From a virus (lineage: Duplodnaviria; Caudoviricetes): a DNA stretch of 44,425 nt. Made by a program: the position numbers and the translations under genes. Each line of letters starts with the position of its first letter. Position 1 is the stretch's first letter. Shown piece by piece: positions 1 through 7,685 of this stretch. A model generated the notes under the pieces. That model had not been told where the DNA came from and did no database searches. It was given only the letters and a program-made list of their open reading frames with translations. Location: the IMG/VR virus record IMGVR_UViG_3300044713_000054, positions 1 to 44,425 of that record. The stretch is one strand, 5' to 3'.

Positions 1-15
1 GTTCTGGGGACTGAC

Positions 16-207
16 TTGGTGGGAACTGTTCCGTATGCCGGCACTGACATCATGCAAGTGAGCGACATGGATTTCAAACCAGGTGACGATCTGTCCTATT
101 ATCTCGGTCCAGCCGCCACGTGCGCGACCGAGGCGCAATGCGAAGAACTTCGACAAGCGTTGCTTGAGGCCGAGCGCGCTGTCGGTGAGAAAGCGAGCGA
201 CAAATGA
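16..207 (+). CDS. Hypothetical phage protein (probably 5'-truncated by window edge)
   Basis: Open frame; stop overlaps next ATG (ATGA at 204-207). Confidence 0.5.
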   Translation: MVGTVPYAGTDIMQVSDMDFKPGDDLSYYLGPAATCATEAQCEELRQALLEAERAVGEKASDK

Positions 208-374
208 GCGATGTCAAAAAAGATCGGCAGACAAAGGTTCTGTGTGACGCGCTTAAGGAGGCCGTCTTGCAGCTCGAATATTTGAATGGAAAATTTCAAC
301 CGACAGGAACAACAGCTGCCGTTCTGGCGCGCATTAGAGCGGTCCTTGATGAGCAGGGAGCCCGCGATGGCTGA
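204..374 (+). CDS. Hypothetical protein, 56 aa (MSDVKKDRQTKV...)
   Basis: Read by hand; overlap-coupled to neighbours on both sides. Confidence 0.5.
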   Translation: MSDVKKDRQTKVLCDALKEAVLQLEYLNGKFQPTGTTAAVLARIRAVLDEQGARDG

Positions 375-555
375 GGTTGGAACTATAGAGCGAGCATATG
401 CTGACGGCTATGCGGCGGCGCGTGACGAGATCGCGCGGCTACGGACGGCGCTGCAAAACTGCCGCATGTTCTTTGATGCGAACAACCGTCCGAATCACGT
501 CGCCATGATCGACGAGGCGATGGGTAATGAGCAGGAAGTGGGGACCGATGATTGA
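367..555 (+). CDS. Hypothetical protein (MAEVGTIERAY...)
   Basis: ATG 367 preceded by GGGAG; overlaps flanking genes. Confidence 0.55.
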   Translation: MAEVGTIERAYADGYAAARDEIARLRTALQNCRMFFDANNRPNHVAMIDEAMGNEQEVGTDD

Positions 556-766
556 TCTCTGTGAAGACCAGATTTGGCGGCGTGATGAAAAACGGTTCCG
601 GGGTCGGCAGAGATACGTGCGCATCCAATTCGTCTGCCGCGGCGGTACGCGCGTTCGCGTCCAGGGGTGCAAACGCGACGGTACGGTCCCCGCTGGGTCG
701 AAGTCCACCGAAGTTGACGCGAGCCGCTTTGGCCGGCGCGGCGGCTTTCTTTTAAGCGAAGAGTAA
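548..766 (+). CDS. Hypothetical basic protein
   Basis: ATG 548 overlapping the end of the previous ORF. Confidence 0.5.
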   Translation: MIDLCEDQIWRRDEKRFRGRQRYVRIQFVCRGGTRVRVQGCKRDGTVPAGSKSTEVDASRFGRRGGFLLSEE

Positions 767-771
767 GTCAC

Positions 772-981
772 ATGCACTGGATCGGTACCTGCATCTTTGG
801 TTTTGACGTATGCGATTATCCGCACCGATTCCCGCTTGTCGCGGCCGTTCTTATAGCCCCGATGTCGGTCATTGTTGCTTGTTGTCGGAAAGATCGCGTG
901 CTGGCTAGGCGCGATTTGGGGTTCGCGATCGACATTCTGGTGATGACCGCCATCATTTGGTGGGGCGGTTACTGGAACTGA
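772..981 (+). CDS. Small membrane protein
   Basis: Two hydrophobic segments; follows the previous stop by 5 nt. Confidence 0.5.
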   Translation: MHWIGTCIFGFDVCDYPHRFPLVAAVLIAPMSVIVACCRKDRVLARRDLGFAIDILVMTAIIWWGGYWN

Positions 982-1000
982 CTATTGGGCAATCAACGAA

Positions 1001-1208
1001 TCCGAAGGGTACTGGCTGATGGAGGTGCACAGCGGTAGCGCACCACGGCAGGGCAATAAGCGGTCTGCCGATCCGCGACTGGTAGGCGATCTCCCCACCA
1101 TAGGAGCGAGAAGGTTGGCATTCCTCCGGCGGACTTTGGCCGGTAGCCGCGTCAAATGCCAACTGGCACAGCGAAGGTGTCGACTCACGCCATCCCGGTC
1201 CCTTCGGA
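1001..1208 (+). ncRNA. Candidate multi-stem structured RNA (about 210 nt), family unknown
   Basis: Closing helix TCCGAAGGG(1001-1009)/CCCTTCGGA(1200-1208), continued by ACTGG/CCGGT and GATGG/CCATC; several internal hairpins; G-U wobbles favour the + strand. Confidence 0.55.
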
Positions 1209-1326
1209 CCTTTCTCTTAAGAGGCAAAAACAGCACCTAATCACAAATTGTTACACCCGAGGTCGAACGATGCGCGCCGATGTTATTTGTTTGTTCCGCG
1301 AAATTGCGATTTTGAAAAAGTCGATT

Positions 1327-1335
1327 TGCTATAAT
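1327..1335 (+). promoter_or_regulatory. Extended -10 sigma70-type promoter (TGcTATAAT)
   Basis: Perfect TGnTATAAT in an AT-rich intergenic patch 57 nt upstream of ATG 1392. Confidence 0.6.
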
Positions 1336-1391
1336 GCTGTCACGGTCAAAGAAAAGGACCGGGCTGTTTGAAAATCAAATCGGAGATTGAA

Positions 1392-1637
1392 ATGACCGAA
1401 CATCGGTTCAAGAAGGGCGAAGTCGTGACTGTCTTTCAGATGTCGCCCAGCAAGGGGCTGTTCATCGAAGGTAAGGCAACCATCCGCAGACTAGTCCGCG
1501 ACGTGGACGAACAGTATGAGGTCGCGTTCCTCAACGAGCCGGGCGAGATCTACGAGCGGTTCGTCGATGCCTGGGGACAGCAGAACCCCGACAAGTATGT
1601 GCGAGAGTTAAACGCGAAGATCGGCAAGGTCGCATAA
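1392..1637 (+). CDS. Hypothetical protein, 81 aa, with its own promoter and terminator
   Basis: GGAG SD at 1382, ATG 1392, good codon bias. Confidence 0.75.
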   Translation: MTEHRFKKGEVVTVFQMSPSKGLFIEGKATIRRLVRDVDEQYEVAFLNEPGEIYERFVDAWGQQNPDKYVRELNAKIGKVA

Positions 1638-1643
1638 CAAACG

Positions 1644-1671
1644 GCCGCCCTCAGAAATGGGGGCGGCTTTT
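1644..1671 (+). terminator. Rho-independent terminator
   Basis: GCCGCCCTCA-GAAA-TGGGGGCGGC followed by TTTT, immediately after stop 1637. Confidence 0.8.
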
Positions 1672-1697
1672 CTGCACCCTACTTTCAAGAGAATAGC

Positions 1698-1796
1698 ATG
1701 TTGAACATGTTCGTAGACGGCTTCGTGGTTTCCTGGGTCATGATCGGCGTCATGTATGCCTGCGGCGCAATACGCCAGCGCGATACAGGTGCCTAA
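1698..1796 (+). CDS. Small membrane peptide, 32 aa
   Basis: Hydrophobic ORF MLNMFVDGFVVSWVMIGVMYACG...; converges on the late array. Confidence 0.35.
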   Translation: MLNMFVDGFVVSWVMIGVMYACGAIRQRDTGA

Positions 1797-1800
1797 TTCG

Positions 1801-2307
1801 TCACCGTCGCGCCCACCGTCTTAGACTTCCGCCGTCATCCACGTGTCCACAATCATGGAATTCGCAGCCATTGCGCAGTCCGTGGTCGCGGATAATCGCA
1901 GCCGCCTCGCTGGTGTACATGAAATGGGCTGTTCGGCCCCAGCCGGTTTGGTCGAAGTCACAAGCGGCTCCAGCGTAGTGCCGGGACCCTCTGACATGGC
2001 CGCCACGCGCAAAGCAGCCGACCTCATGCGGCGTATAGCCGTGCGCCACGAAGTCGGCAATCAATCCCTGGAAGCGATCCGCTAATCCTGACGCCACCGT
2101 GATCGGGCCTGCCGCAGTCGGCACGCGTTCGATCGAACCGAGCATGTGAGCAAGACCATGCCCCAGACCCTCCTGGAAGTTATGCACCACGACAGTTGCA
2201 TGGTGGTGCCGGTGATGATGCGCTTGGTGATGATGATGCCCACGCGCGTAGGCCGGCGATGCCAGCAATAATGCAAATACGATCACGGCGATAATTCGCT
2301 TTGTCAT
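1801..2307 (-). CDS. Secreted peptidase M15-like (D-Ala-D-Ala/LAS-type Zn metallopeptidase) with His-rich linker
   Basis: Signal peptide ending AYA|R; S-R-H-x-x-G-x-A-x-D motif and distal GHVD; SD GAGGGGG. Confidence 0.65.
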   Translation of the reverse strand: MTKRIIAVIVFALLLASPAYARGHHHHQAHHHRHHHATVVVHNFQEGLGHGLAHMLGSIERVPTAAGPITVASGLADRFQGLIADFVAHGYTPHEVGCFARGGHVRGSRHYAGAACDFDQTGWGRTAHFMYTSEAAAIIRDHGLRNGCEFHDCGHVDDGGSLRRWARR

Positions 2308-2324
2308 AACCAATTCCCCCTCGG

Positions 2325-2741
2325 TTACCGGCGCTTGCCTGAATTGAACTCCTGCAACTCGTTACTGATGGTGACCAGCGTATCGTTCATCTGCTTCGAT
2401 GTCGTCTGCTGCACGGCGAGCGCGGTGTTGAGCTCGCTGACCTTCTCGACGATCTTCTCCTGACTGGCGAGGAATTCCTTGCCGAGTTGCTCGCGCTTCT
2501 GATCCTGGTCCGTGGTGACGGCCCCGACCGTGTTCTTGATGGCGGTGATCGCGGTCTTGGTCTCGGCGATATCGTCGCCTTGGGAATGCTGCCCCCAGAC
2601 CACGACGCCCCATGCAACTGCGCAGGTCGCGACAAAGCCGATCACGATGATGATCTGCGTGACGCTCATGGAGATCTGGCTCTCCGGCGTCAGAGCGTGG
2701 CCGTTGCCGCGTCGGCGCCGCGATCGACGTGCTGCTGGCAT
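2325..2741 (-). CDS. Membrane-anchored coiled-coil protein (lysis region; spanin/holin-like)
   Basis: SD AAGGAGG before ATG 2741; one TM helix then heptad-rich helix. Confidence 0.6.
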   Translation of the reverse strand: MPAARRSRRRRGNGHALTPESQISMSVTQIIIVIGFVATCAVAWGVVVWGQHSQGDDIAETKTAITAIKNTVGAVTTDQDQKREQLGKEFLASQEKIVEKVSELNTALAVQQTTSKQMNDTLVTISNELQEFNSGKRR

Positions 2742-2847
2742 TGTCAGCCTCCTTACCGTAGCCGCATTCGACCGCTGCCCCATGACGCCGCCCTACAAGA
2801 TACCGAGATTACGGACATGATCATTCTCCGGTTTCTATACGCAGTTT

Positions 2848-3363
2848 CTAAGGTGGACTCGGATTAGCTCGTTTTACCCCATTGTTGTTGTTGTCGATGA
2901 TGATCAAAGCTGCGGCGATCTGTCGGTTGATGTCGGTGATCTGCGCCTGGATAAGATCGATGCGCTTATCCGTTGCATTGCTGGTTGCCTGGAATGTACG
3001 GTCCTCTACCGGGTCTTTGGCGAGCTTGCCGATGATCACCGCCTGCTGCTGCTCCAAAATCCCCACGCGCGTCCGCAGGCTCTCCAACTGTTCCTTCGTT
3101 CCCGACAGATAGGCCAGATGTTCGTCCTTGGTCAGATACTTATCGAGCAGCGCCTTGAGCTCGGCCTCCCGTCTGGTCAATTCGTCCTTGTTGGCAGTGT
3201 AGTACGTCGTGGCCTGAATACGATCAGCATTAGCTGTATCCCGAACCGCCGAGAACTCCTGTTGGAAGATGATCCAGAATGCGGCCACCATCAGGCCGAC
3301 GATGCTGAACGCGCCAGCGATGGTGGTCCAAGACAGTTCGGGATCACCGCCCTTCTGTGGCAT
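2848..3363 (-). CDS. Membrane-anchored coiled-coil protein (lysis region; i-spanin-like candidate)
   Basis: N-terminal TM helix, long coiled coil. Confidence 0.6.
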   Translation of the reverse strand: MPQKGGDPELSWTTIAGAFSIVGLMVAAFWIIFQQEFSAVRDTANADRIQATTYYTANKDELTRREAELKALLDKYLTKDEHLAYLSGTKEQLESLRTRVGILEQQQAVIIGKLAKDPVEDRTFQATSNATDKRIDLIQAQITDINRQIAAALIIIDNNNNGVKRANPSPP

Positions 3364-3387
3364 CCGTATCGCTCGAAGCTACCGCCG

Positions 3388-3846
3388 CTAGGATGCCGCC
3401 GGAGCGGGTGCCGCGGTTGCCGGAGTCGGTGTCGGCGCTGCCGCGACGCTGAGCACGGCATTGACCGCACTCTGTGCCGCTTTAACCGCCGTGTAGGCGT
3501 TGGAGATCGTCGAAGCCGGAGTTGACCCCGCCTTCAATCCTGCCGCTAGAGCAGTGGAGGCCGCTCCAGCTGCCGCCAACGCCGTTTCTGCCGCCATGAT
3601 CTCAGGCGCCGCCGTTGGCACCAAAGTCGCAGCGGTACTGAACAGCGCGTTGATATCCGTCTGATGTGCAGCTATCCAGCCGGCGATGGTGGTCAGCTCG
3701 TCATCAACCCAGGACTCAACAGCTAGAACTTCGGTCCAGGCCTGATTGACCCAAGTAACCACATCTGTCTCGAAGACTTGGAACTTGGCTTCAAATGCTG
3801 CGAGAGCCGTAGTAGCGGGGGGAGGGGTCGTGGTGGTCGTGCTCAT
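3388..3846 (-). CDS. Ala/Thr-rich hypothetical protein (lysis region)
   Basis: ATGA-coupled, amphipathic helical sequence. Confidence 0.65.
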   Translation of the reverse strand: MSTTTTTPPPATTALAAFEAKFQVFETDVVTWVNQAWTEVLAVESWVDDELTTIAGWIAAHQTDINALFSTAATLVPTAAPEIMAAETALAAAGAASTALAAGLKAGSTPASTISNAYTAVKAAQSAVNAVLSVAAAPTPTPATAAPAPAAS

Positions 3847-4043
3847 GAGAGACTCCTTTGTTTTGCGATGACCTTGTTGAAGATGCGGAAGAACAGCGGA
3901 GCCAGCCTATTGATGCGCGGCCACTGCGCTTCGGCGGCGATGTCGAGAGCCTGAATGTCGGGCAGTGCGGCGTTGATATCCGCCAAGTCTTTGTCGTCCA
4001 GCCCTTCTTGGCGGAGCAGCATGTCTTCGATGAAGCCGGTCAT
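3843..4043 (-). CDS. Hypothetical protein, 66 aa
   Basis: ATGA overlaps on both sides. Confidence 0.65.
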   Translation of the reverse strand: MTGFIEDMLLRQEGLDDKDLADINAALPDIQALDIAAEAQWPRINRLAPLFFRIFNKVIAKQRSLS

Positions 4044-4138
4044 CTTGACCTCGTGAGTTCGTGCTTAATCACGGCTGCATCGAACAGGGCGCAGCCGGGA
4101 CACAATAGCAGCACGGCGAATATCGCCGCGCGGATCAT
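4040..4138 (-). CDS. Tiny putative lipoprotein, 32 aa (MIRAAIFAVLLLCPGC...)
   Basis: ATGA overlaps on both sides; lipobox-like ...PGC. Confidence 0.5.
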   Translation of the reverse strand: MIRAAIFAVLLLCPGCALFDAAVIKHELTRSR

Positions 4139-4485
4139 TTCGACACCACCTTGGCTCCGTCGCCGACAGAACCCGCCGCCTCCGCAATCGCGCGGGTGGT
4201 GACGATCTGTTGGACTTCCGGTGCCGCTGCGGCGACTGCGATCTTCTGATCGGCTGGGAGCGTCTGTGCCGCCGCGGCCTTGTTGGCGTTGGTCATGCCC
4301 AAGCCTTGCAGGCCGGTCTGCGCCGCGGAACCGAGAAACGCGATGATGCCGGCCCATGCCGTCACTGGTTTGATGAGATCGGCCGGGATGGCATTGGTTA
4401 GAACGACAGCGCCTGAGCTGACGCCAATCGCAAGGGTGATAAGCAACCCAATACAAAATCGTGCTCCTGGACTAAGTGTTAGCAT
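4135..4485 (-). CDS. Putative holin
   Basis: Two TM segments, 116 aa, two genes downstream of the lysozyme. Confidence 0.5.
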   Translation of the reverse strand: MLTLSPGARFCIGLLITLAIGVSSGAVVLTNAIPADLIKPVTAWAGIIAFLGSAAQTGLQGLGMTNANKAAAAQTLPADQKIAVAAAAPEVQQIVTTRAIAEAAGSVGDGAKVVSK

Positions 4486-5066
4486 TATGCAGCCTCCAAT
4501 ATACGGGTTATGTCTGAGAACATCGGGTCTTGGACGCCATACTGGTCGTTATCAGCTGGATGGAGGTCCGGCACATACAAATACCGGACCTTGGTCTTGC
4601 CACCGTTGCCGGTGCGCCACTGACCATCGTAAAGGCTCGCACCACCCTCGACCGTCGGCGGGATCTCAAGCGGCGGCTTATAGACGCCAAGCCCCCAGGT
4701 CAGCGCCCAGTTGGAATAGAACACCGTCAGGTTCCGCACATTGTCGGGTACGGGAACGGAACCGGCTTGGCAATAGAAACTAGGCTGAATGCAGTACATG
4801 GCGTCGATGACGCGCGGGTGCACATCCTTGGCGATCTGGATGATGCGGGTGCAGCCGCAGCTGTCCCCGGCCAAAATAAGCTTCCGAGTTGGAGGGAGCG
4901 CCTTGACGCTGTTATAGACCGGCTGGAGGTTGTTTTGCGGGTACGGCGTGGGGACGTGGATGCCCATAACCTGCGCCCGCCGGCAGATGGTAGCTGCCCC
5001 GCCCGGATCGAGCCAGAACCCTCCTAGGCCCAGCACGTATTCCATCTCGGTGTCGGGAATGGTCAT
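4485..5066 (-). CDS. Alpha/beta-hydrolase-like protein
   Basis: Nucleophile elbow LILAG-D-S-C-G (GxSxG), IDAMYCIQP strand, late His (DLHP). Confidence 0.5.
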   Translation of the reverse strand: MTIPDTEMEYVLGLGGFWLDPGGAATICRRAQVMGIHVPTPYPQNNLQPVYNSVKALPPTRKLILAGDSCGCTRIIQIAKDVHPRVIDAMYCIQPSFYCQAGSVPVPDNVRNLTVFYSNWALTWGLGVYKPPLEIPPTVEGGASLYDGQWRTGNGGKTKVRYLYVPDLHPADNDQYGVQDPMFSDITRILEAA

Positions 5067-5611
5067 GCTCCAAGCCCTCTCATGGCGGTCGCAATCTCAT
5101 CTGCCGAGACGCCAGCGGTGACCAGCGCCACATTGACCTGTCCACTGAACATTTCCATTTCGCCTTGGCGGCGGCGCTTCAAGCCGGTCAGCACCTTGCC
5201 GCTGGCTTCGTCGTAGAGCATGAAATCCTGGTCTGCGAGCTTGTAGTTCCCCGCATTGAGCGAACGAGCCAGCGAACACTGCGGATGCGCGAGCCAGCCG
5301 GTGTTGTATTGGAACGAGACCAGAGCATCGAACTGGTACTGCTGTAGCTCTACCTTGATCAGATGCGCGACCTCGATCTCGACGCTGGCGAGGTCAGCCG
5401 ACAAAATCTGGTCCGCCGTCTGCGCATCGATCTTCATGCCGACATAGACCTTGGGCGGCCCTGCCGCAGTCGTGTGGCCGTAGCCGATGGTGAGCGTGCC
5501 GTAGCAGCGGCCTCCGATAGGCACGATTCGATCATCGTCATCGTCATAGGCTCCGAGGATCAGGCCCTCGAATTCCTCAATGAACGCGCGTCCCGCAAGG
5601 CTGGTTTTCAT
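5063..5611 (-). CDS. Endolysin, GH24 phage lysozyme
   Basis: FEG..AY-D...TIGYGHT, QFDALVSFQYNTG, GLKRRR..E motifs. Confidence 0.9.
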   Translation of the reverse strand: MKTSLAGRAFIEEFEGLILGAYDDDDDRIVPIGGRCYGTLTIGYGHTTAAGPPKVYVGMKIDAQTADQILSADLASVEIEVAHLIKVELQQYQFDALVSFQYNTGWLAHPQCSLARSLNAGNYKLADQDFMLYDEASGKVLTGLKRRRQGEMEMFSGQVNVALVTAGVSADEIATAMRGLGA

Positions 5612-6435
5612 GGATAATCCGTCGACTGGTTTGCCGTCGTCATGTTGTTGAGCGTCCAGTTGTTGCTCTCGCCGGAGCTGTCGGCGCCGAGCGTCGTTGT
5701 GGATGTGCCGTTAGAGAACGGCAGGAAGAAATCGAAGTGGCCTGTATAGGTGCCGCTGTAGGTCTTGGGTAAGCCCGGCGTTCCGGTGATGAATGATGAC
5801 GGCGTTAATTGTTGACCATCAATGTAGTAAACCTGCGCGAGTTTGCCGTTAAGCAAGCCCGCGGGCGCCGTTTGTCCAGAGCCGAGGAAAGAGGAATTGG
5901 TCAGGTTGGTGAATAGATCGGAATTCTGGCTCGGATATGTGCTGGTGCCGAAACTGGAGACGAGCGTACCGTCGTAGTACAGCAGCGCCCGATTGGATGC
6001 TGTCGCCTGCGTGGTATCGACGCCGATAAGCACATGGTGCCAGTTGGTTGTGTCAGTATAGGTCGCCGTGGTGATGAGATCGGTGGTACCGCCGCCTGTG
6101 GTGACAAACGACAAGTGGTTCGAGGATAGGAATTGCAGTGCCGCGCCGACTTCGGTTTCGAGCGTGTTGGAAGTAATAAAAATCGTCTGCCCGGCGCCAG
6201 TCGAGGCCGGCTTCACCCACGTCGCAATAGTGAATTTCTGCTGGTTGGCGGAAGCGCTCCCGGCCGATGATAGATATTGGCTCGACGCCGCCGTGAAGAT
6301 CAGAGAATTGCCGGTAGGGCCAGATGAGGCGTTGACGACAAACGGCAGTGGCACCCCGCCAAGGAATTGCGCATGCGCCGTCGCGATCAGGAACAGCGCA
6401 ACGAGAACTGCCGGGGTGAAGTGCAAATATCTCAT
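5608..6435 (-). CDS. LamG/concanavalin-like lectin-domain virion protein with signal peptide
   Basis: FTIATWVKP...WHHV...LYYDG...LAQVYYIDG; ATG 6435 overlaps the upstream stop; signal peptide AHA|Q. Confidence 0.75.
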   Translation of the reverse strand: MRYLHFTPAVLVALFLIATAHAQFLGGVPLPFVVNASSGPTGNSLIFTAASSQYLSSAGSASANQQKFTIATWVKPASTGAGQTIFITSNTLETEVGAALQFLSSNHLSFVTTGGGTTDLITTATYTDTTNWHHVLIGVDTTQATASNRALLYYDGTLVSSFGTSTYPSQNSDLFTNLTNSSFLGSGQTAPAGLLNGKLAQVYYIDGQQLTPSSFITGTPGLPKTYSGTYTGHFDFFLPFSNGTSTTTLGADSSGESNNWTLNNMTTANQSTDYP

Positions 6436-7685
6436 TGGGCCTGCGACCATACGCCGAGCGTGTTGCCGTTGATGCGTGTCACGGAGAGATCGAATACCGT
6501 CGGTAAATCGCCGGTTTGCGTACCCGTGCCGGCACTACCAGCTACGATGGCCGCCCCCGTCGGCGTTGCCGAGACTTGGATCTGATTGGTACTGAAAAGC
6601 CCCGAGATGTAATAGATCGTTCCCGCCGTGAATCCTGTCGGCAGTCCCCCGCCTGAATTGGTGAAGTACACCGGCGCATTGAGGCTCAAGAGCGTATTGG
6701 TGATCCAAGTGATTGTAGCCGTCGCGTTGGTGAATGTCGCAGTGGCTGCCTGCGTCGGCGTCACTGAATAGGTCGCTCCCTGCGCACCCTTTGACGAGAA
6801 ATTTGAGAGCGTGATCGTCCCGGCAGCGTTGTTGCCGATAACCTCGACGGCGCATAGGCCATCCGTGGTCGGCGCAGCAAGCGTGAATGATCCGCCATTA
6901 ACAAGCCACTGACCGGCATTCTTGCCGCAGTCGATGGTTATTGTTCCGGTTGTGACTACCCCATACGAGAACGGCACGATATTGGCGCCGCCGGAGACAG
7001 TCTGATCGCTCGCGGTGAGACTGGCGCAAGACTGCTGCCCGAGTTTGCCGGTCGTAACGTTAAGGCAGTTGCCGTTGGTGCCGGATGTGATCGTTGTGGT
7101 GCCGATGGTGATCGAGGCACCAGTGGCCGCAATCGCAGTCAGGACGCCGCCGGCCGAGCAGATCACCGTCACGCCGTCACACTGCGCCAAGCCCAGTGTC
7201 GTATTCGAGGCTACCTGCGCAGTCTGCCACGTATCCCAATTGACGCCATCCGAAACGATGAACGCGCTCTGCCCCGGTGCCAGTGTCAGAGACGAGCTAC
7301 CGCCGATGGTCGAGGTTGCTGGGGTGATAGTCGCGGCCGCGGTTCCGTTATTGGTGGCGAAGAAGTTGAATGTCCCGAAGGTGCCGGTAGCTTGCGATAG
7401 CGTCACCGCGACAGGAGACGCGCTGCTGTACCTGATCAGGTTGCCGTAATCGGTGGTCGCCAGCGTGTCCGTGGTGCCGGTAACCGTGCGCACCTGCGTA
7501 GCTTGCTGGTAGGAATTGATCAGCGTGGTGAGGCACGTCACCACCGAAGCCGGCGTGATCGCGCCCACGCTCTGCGTCGGGAAGCAACTCGCGATGGTCG
7601 CCGTCATCGCCACTTTGTTCTGCTGCGCATGCGCCGGAGCGGCAAGCAGCAACAGCAGCGCGATGAGTGCGTGTTTAATTCGCAT
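6432..7685 (-). CDS. Tail-fibre-like Thr/Ser/Gly-rich protein with signal peptide
   Basis: ATG 7685 (MRIKHALIALLLLLAAPAHA|Q); beta-rich fibre-type repeats; 8 Cys. Confidence 0.75.
   Translation of the reverse strand: MRIKHALIALLLLLAAPAHAQQNKVAMTATIASCFPTQSVGAITPASVVTCLTTLINSYQQATQVRTVTGTTDTLATTDYGNLIRYSSASPVAVTLSQATGTFGTFNFFATNNGTAAATITPATSTIGGSSSLTLAPGQSAFIVSDGVNWDTWQTAQVASNTTLGLAQCDGVTVICSAGGVLTAIAATGASITIGTTTITSGTNGNCLNVTTGKLGQQSCASLTASDQTVSGGANIVPFSYGVVTTGTITIDCGKNAGQWLVNGGSFTLAAPTTDGLCAVEVIGNNAAGTITLSNFSSKGAQGATYSVTPTQAATATFTNATATITWITNTLLSLNAPVYFTNSGGGLPTGFTAGTIYYISGLFSTNQIQVSATPTGAAIVAGSAGTGTQTGDLPTVFDLSVTRINGNTLGVWSQAQ

Noticed and set aside
953-1240. Short ORFs on both strands
   Set aside because: Arg/Pro-rich, poor codon pattern, no SD; better explained by RNA structure
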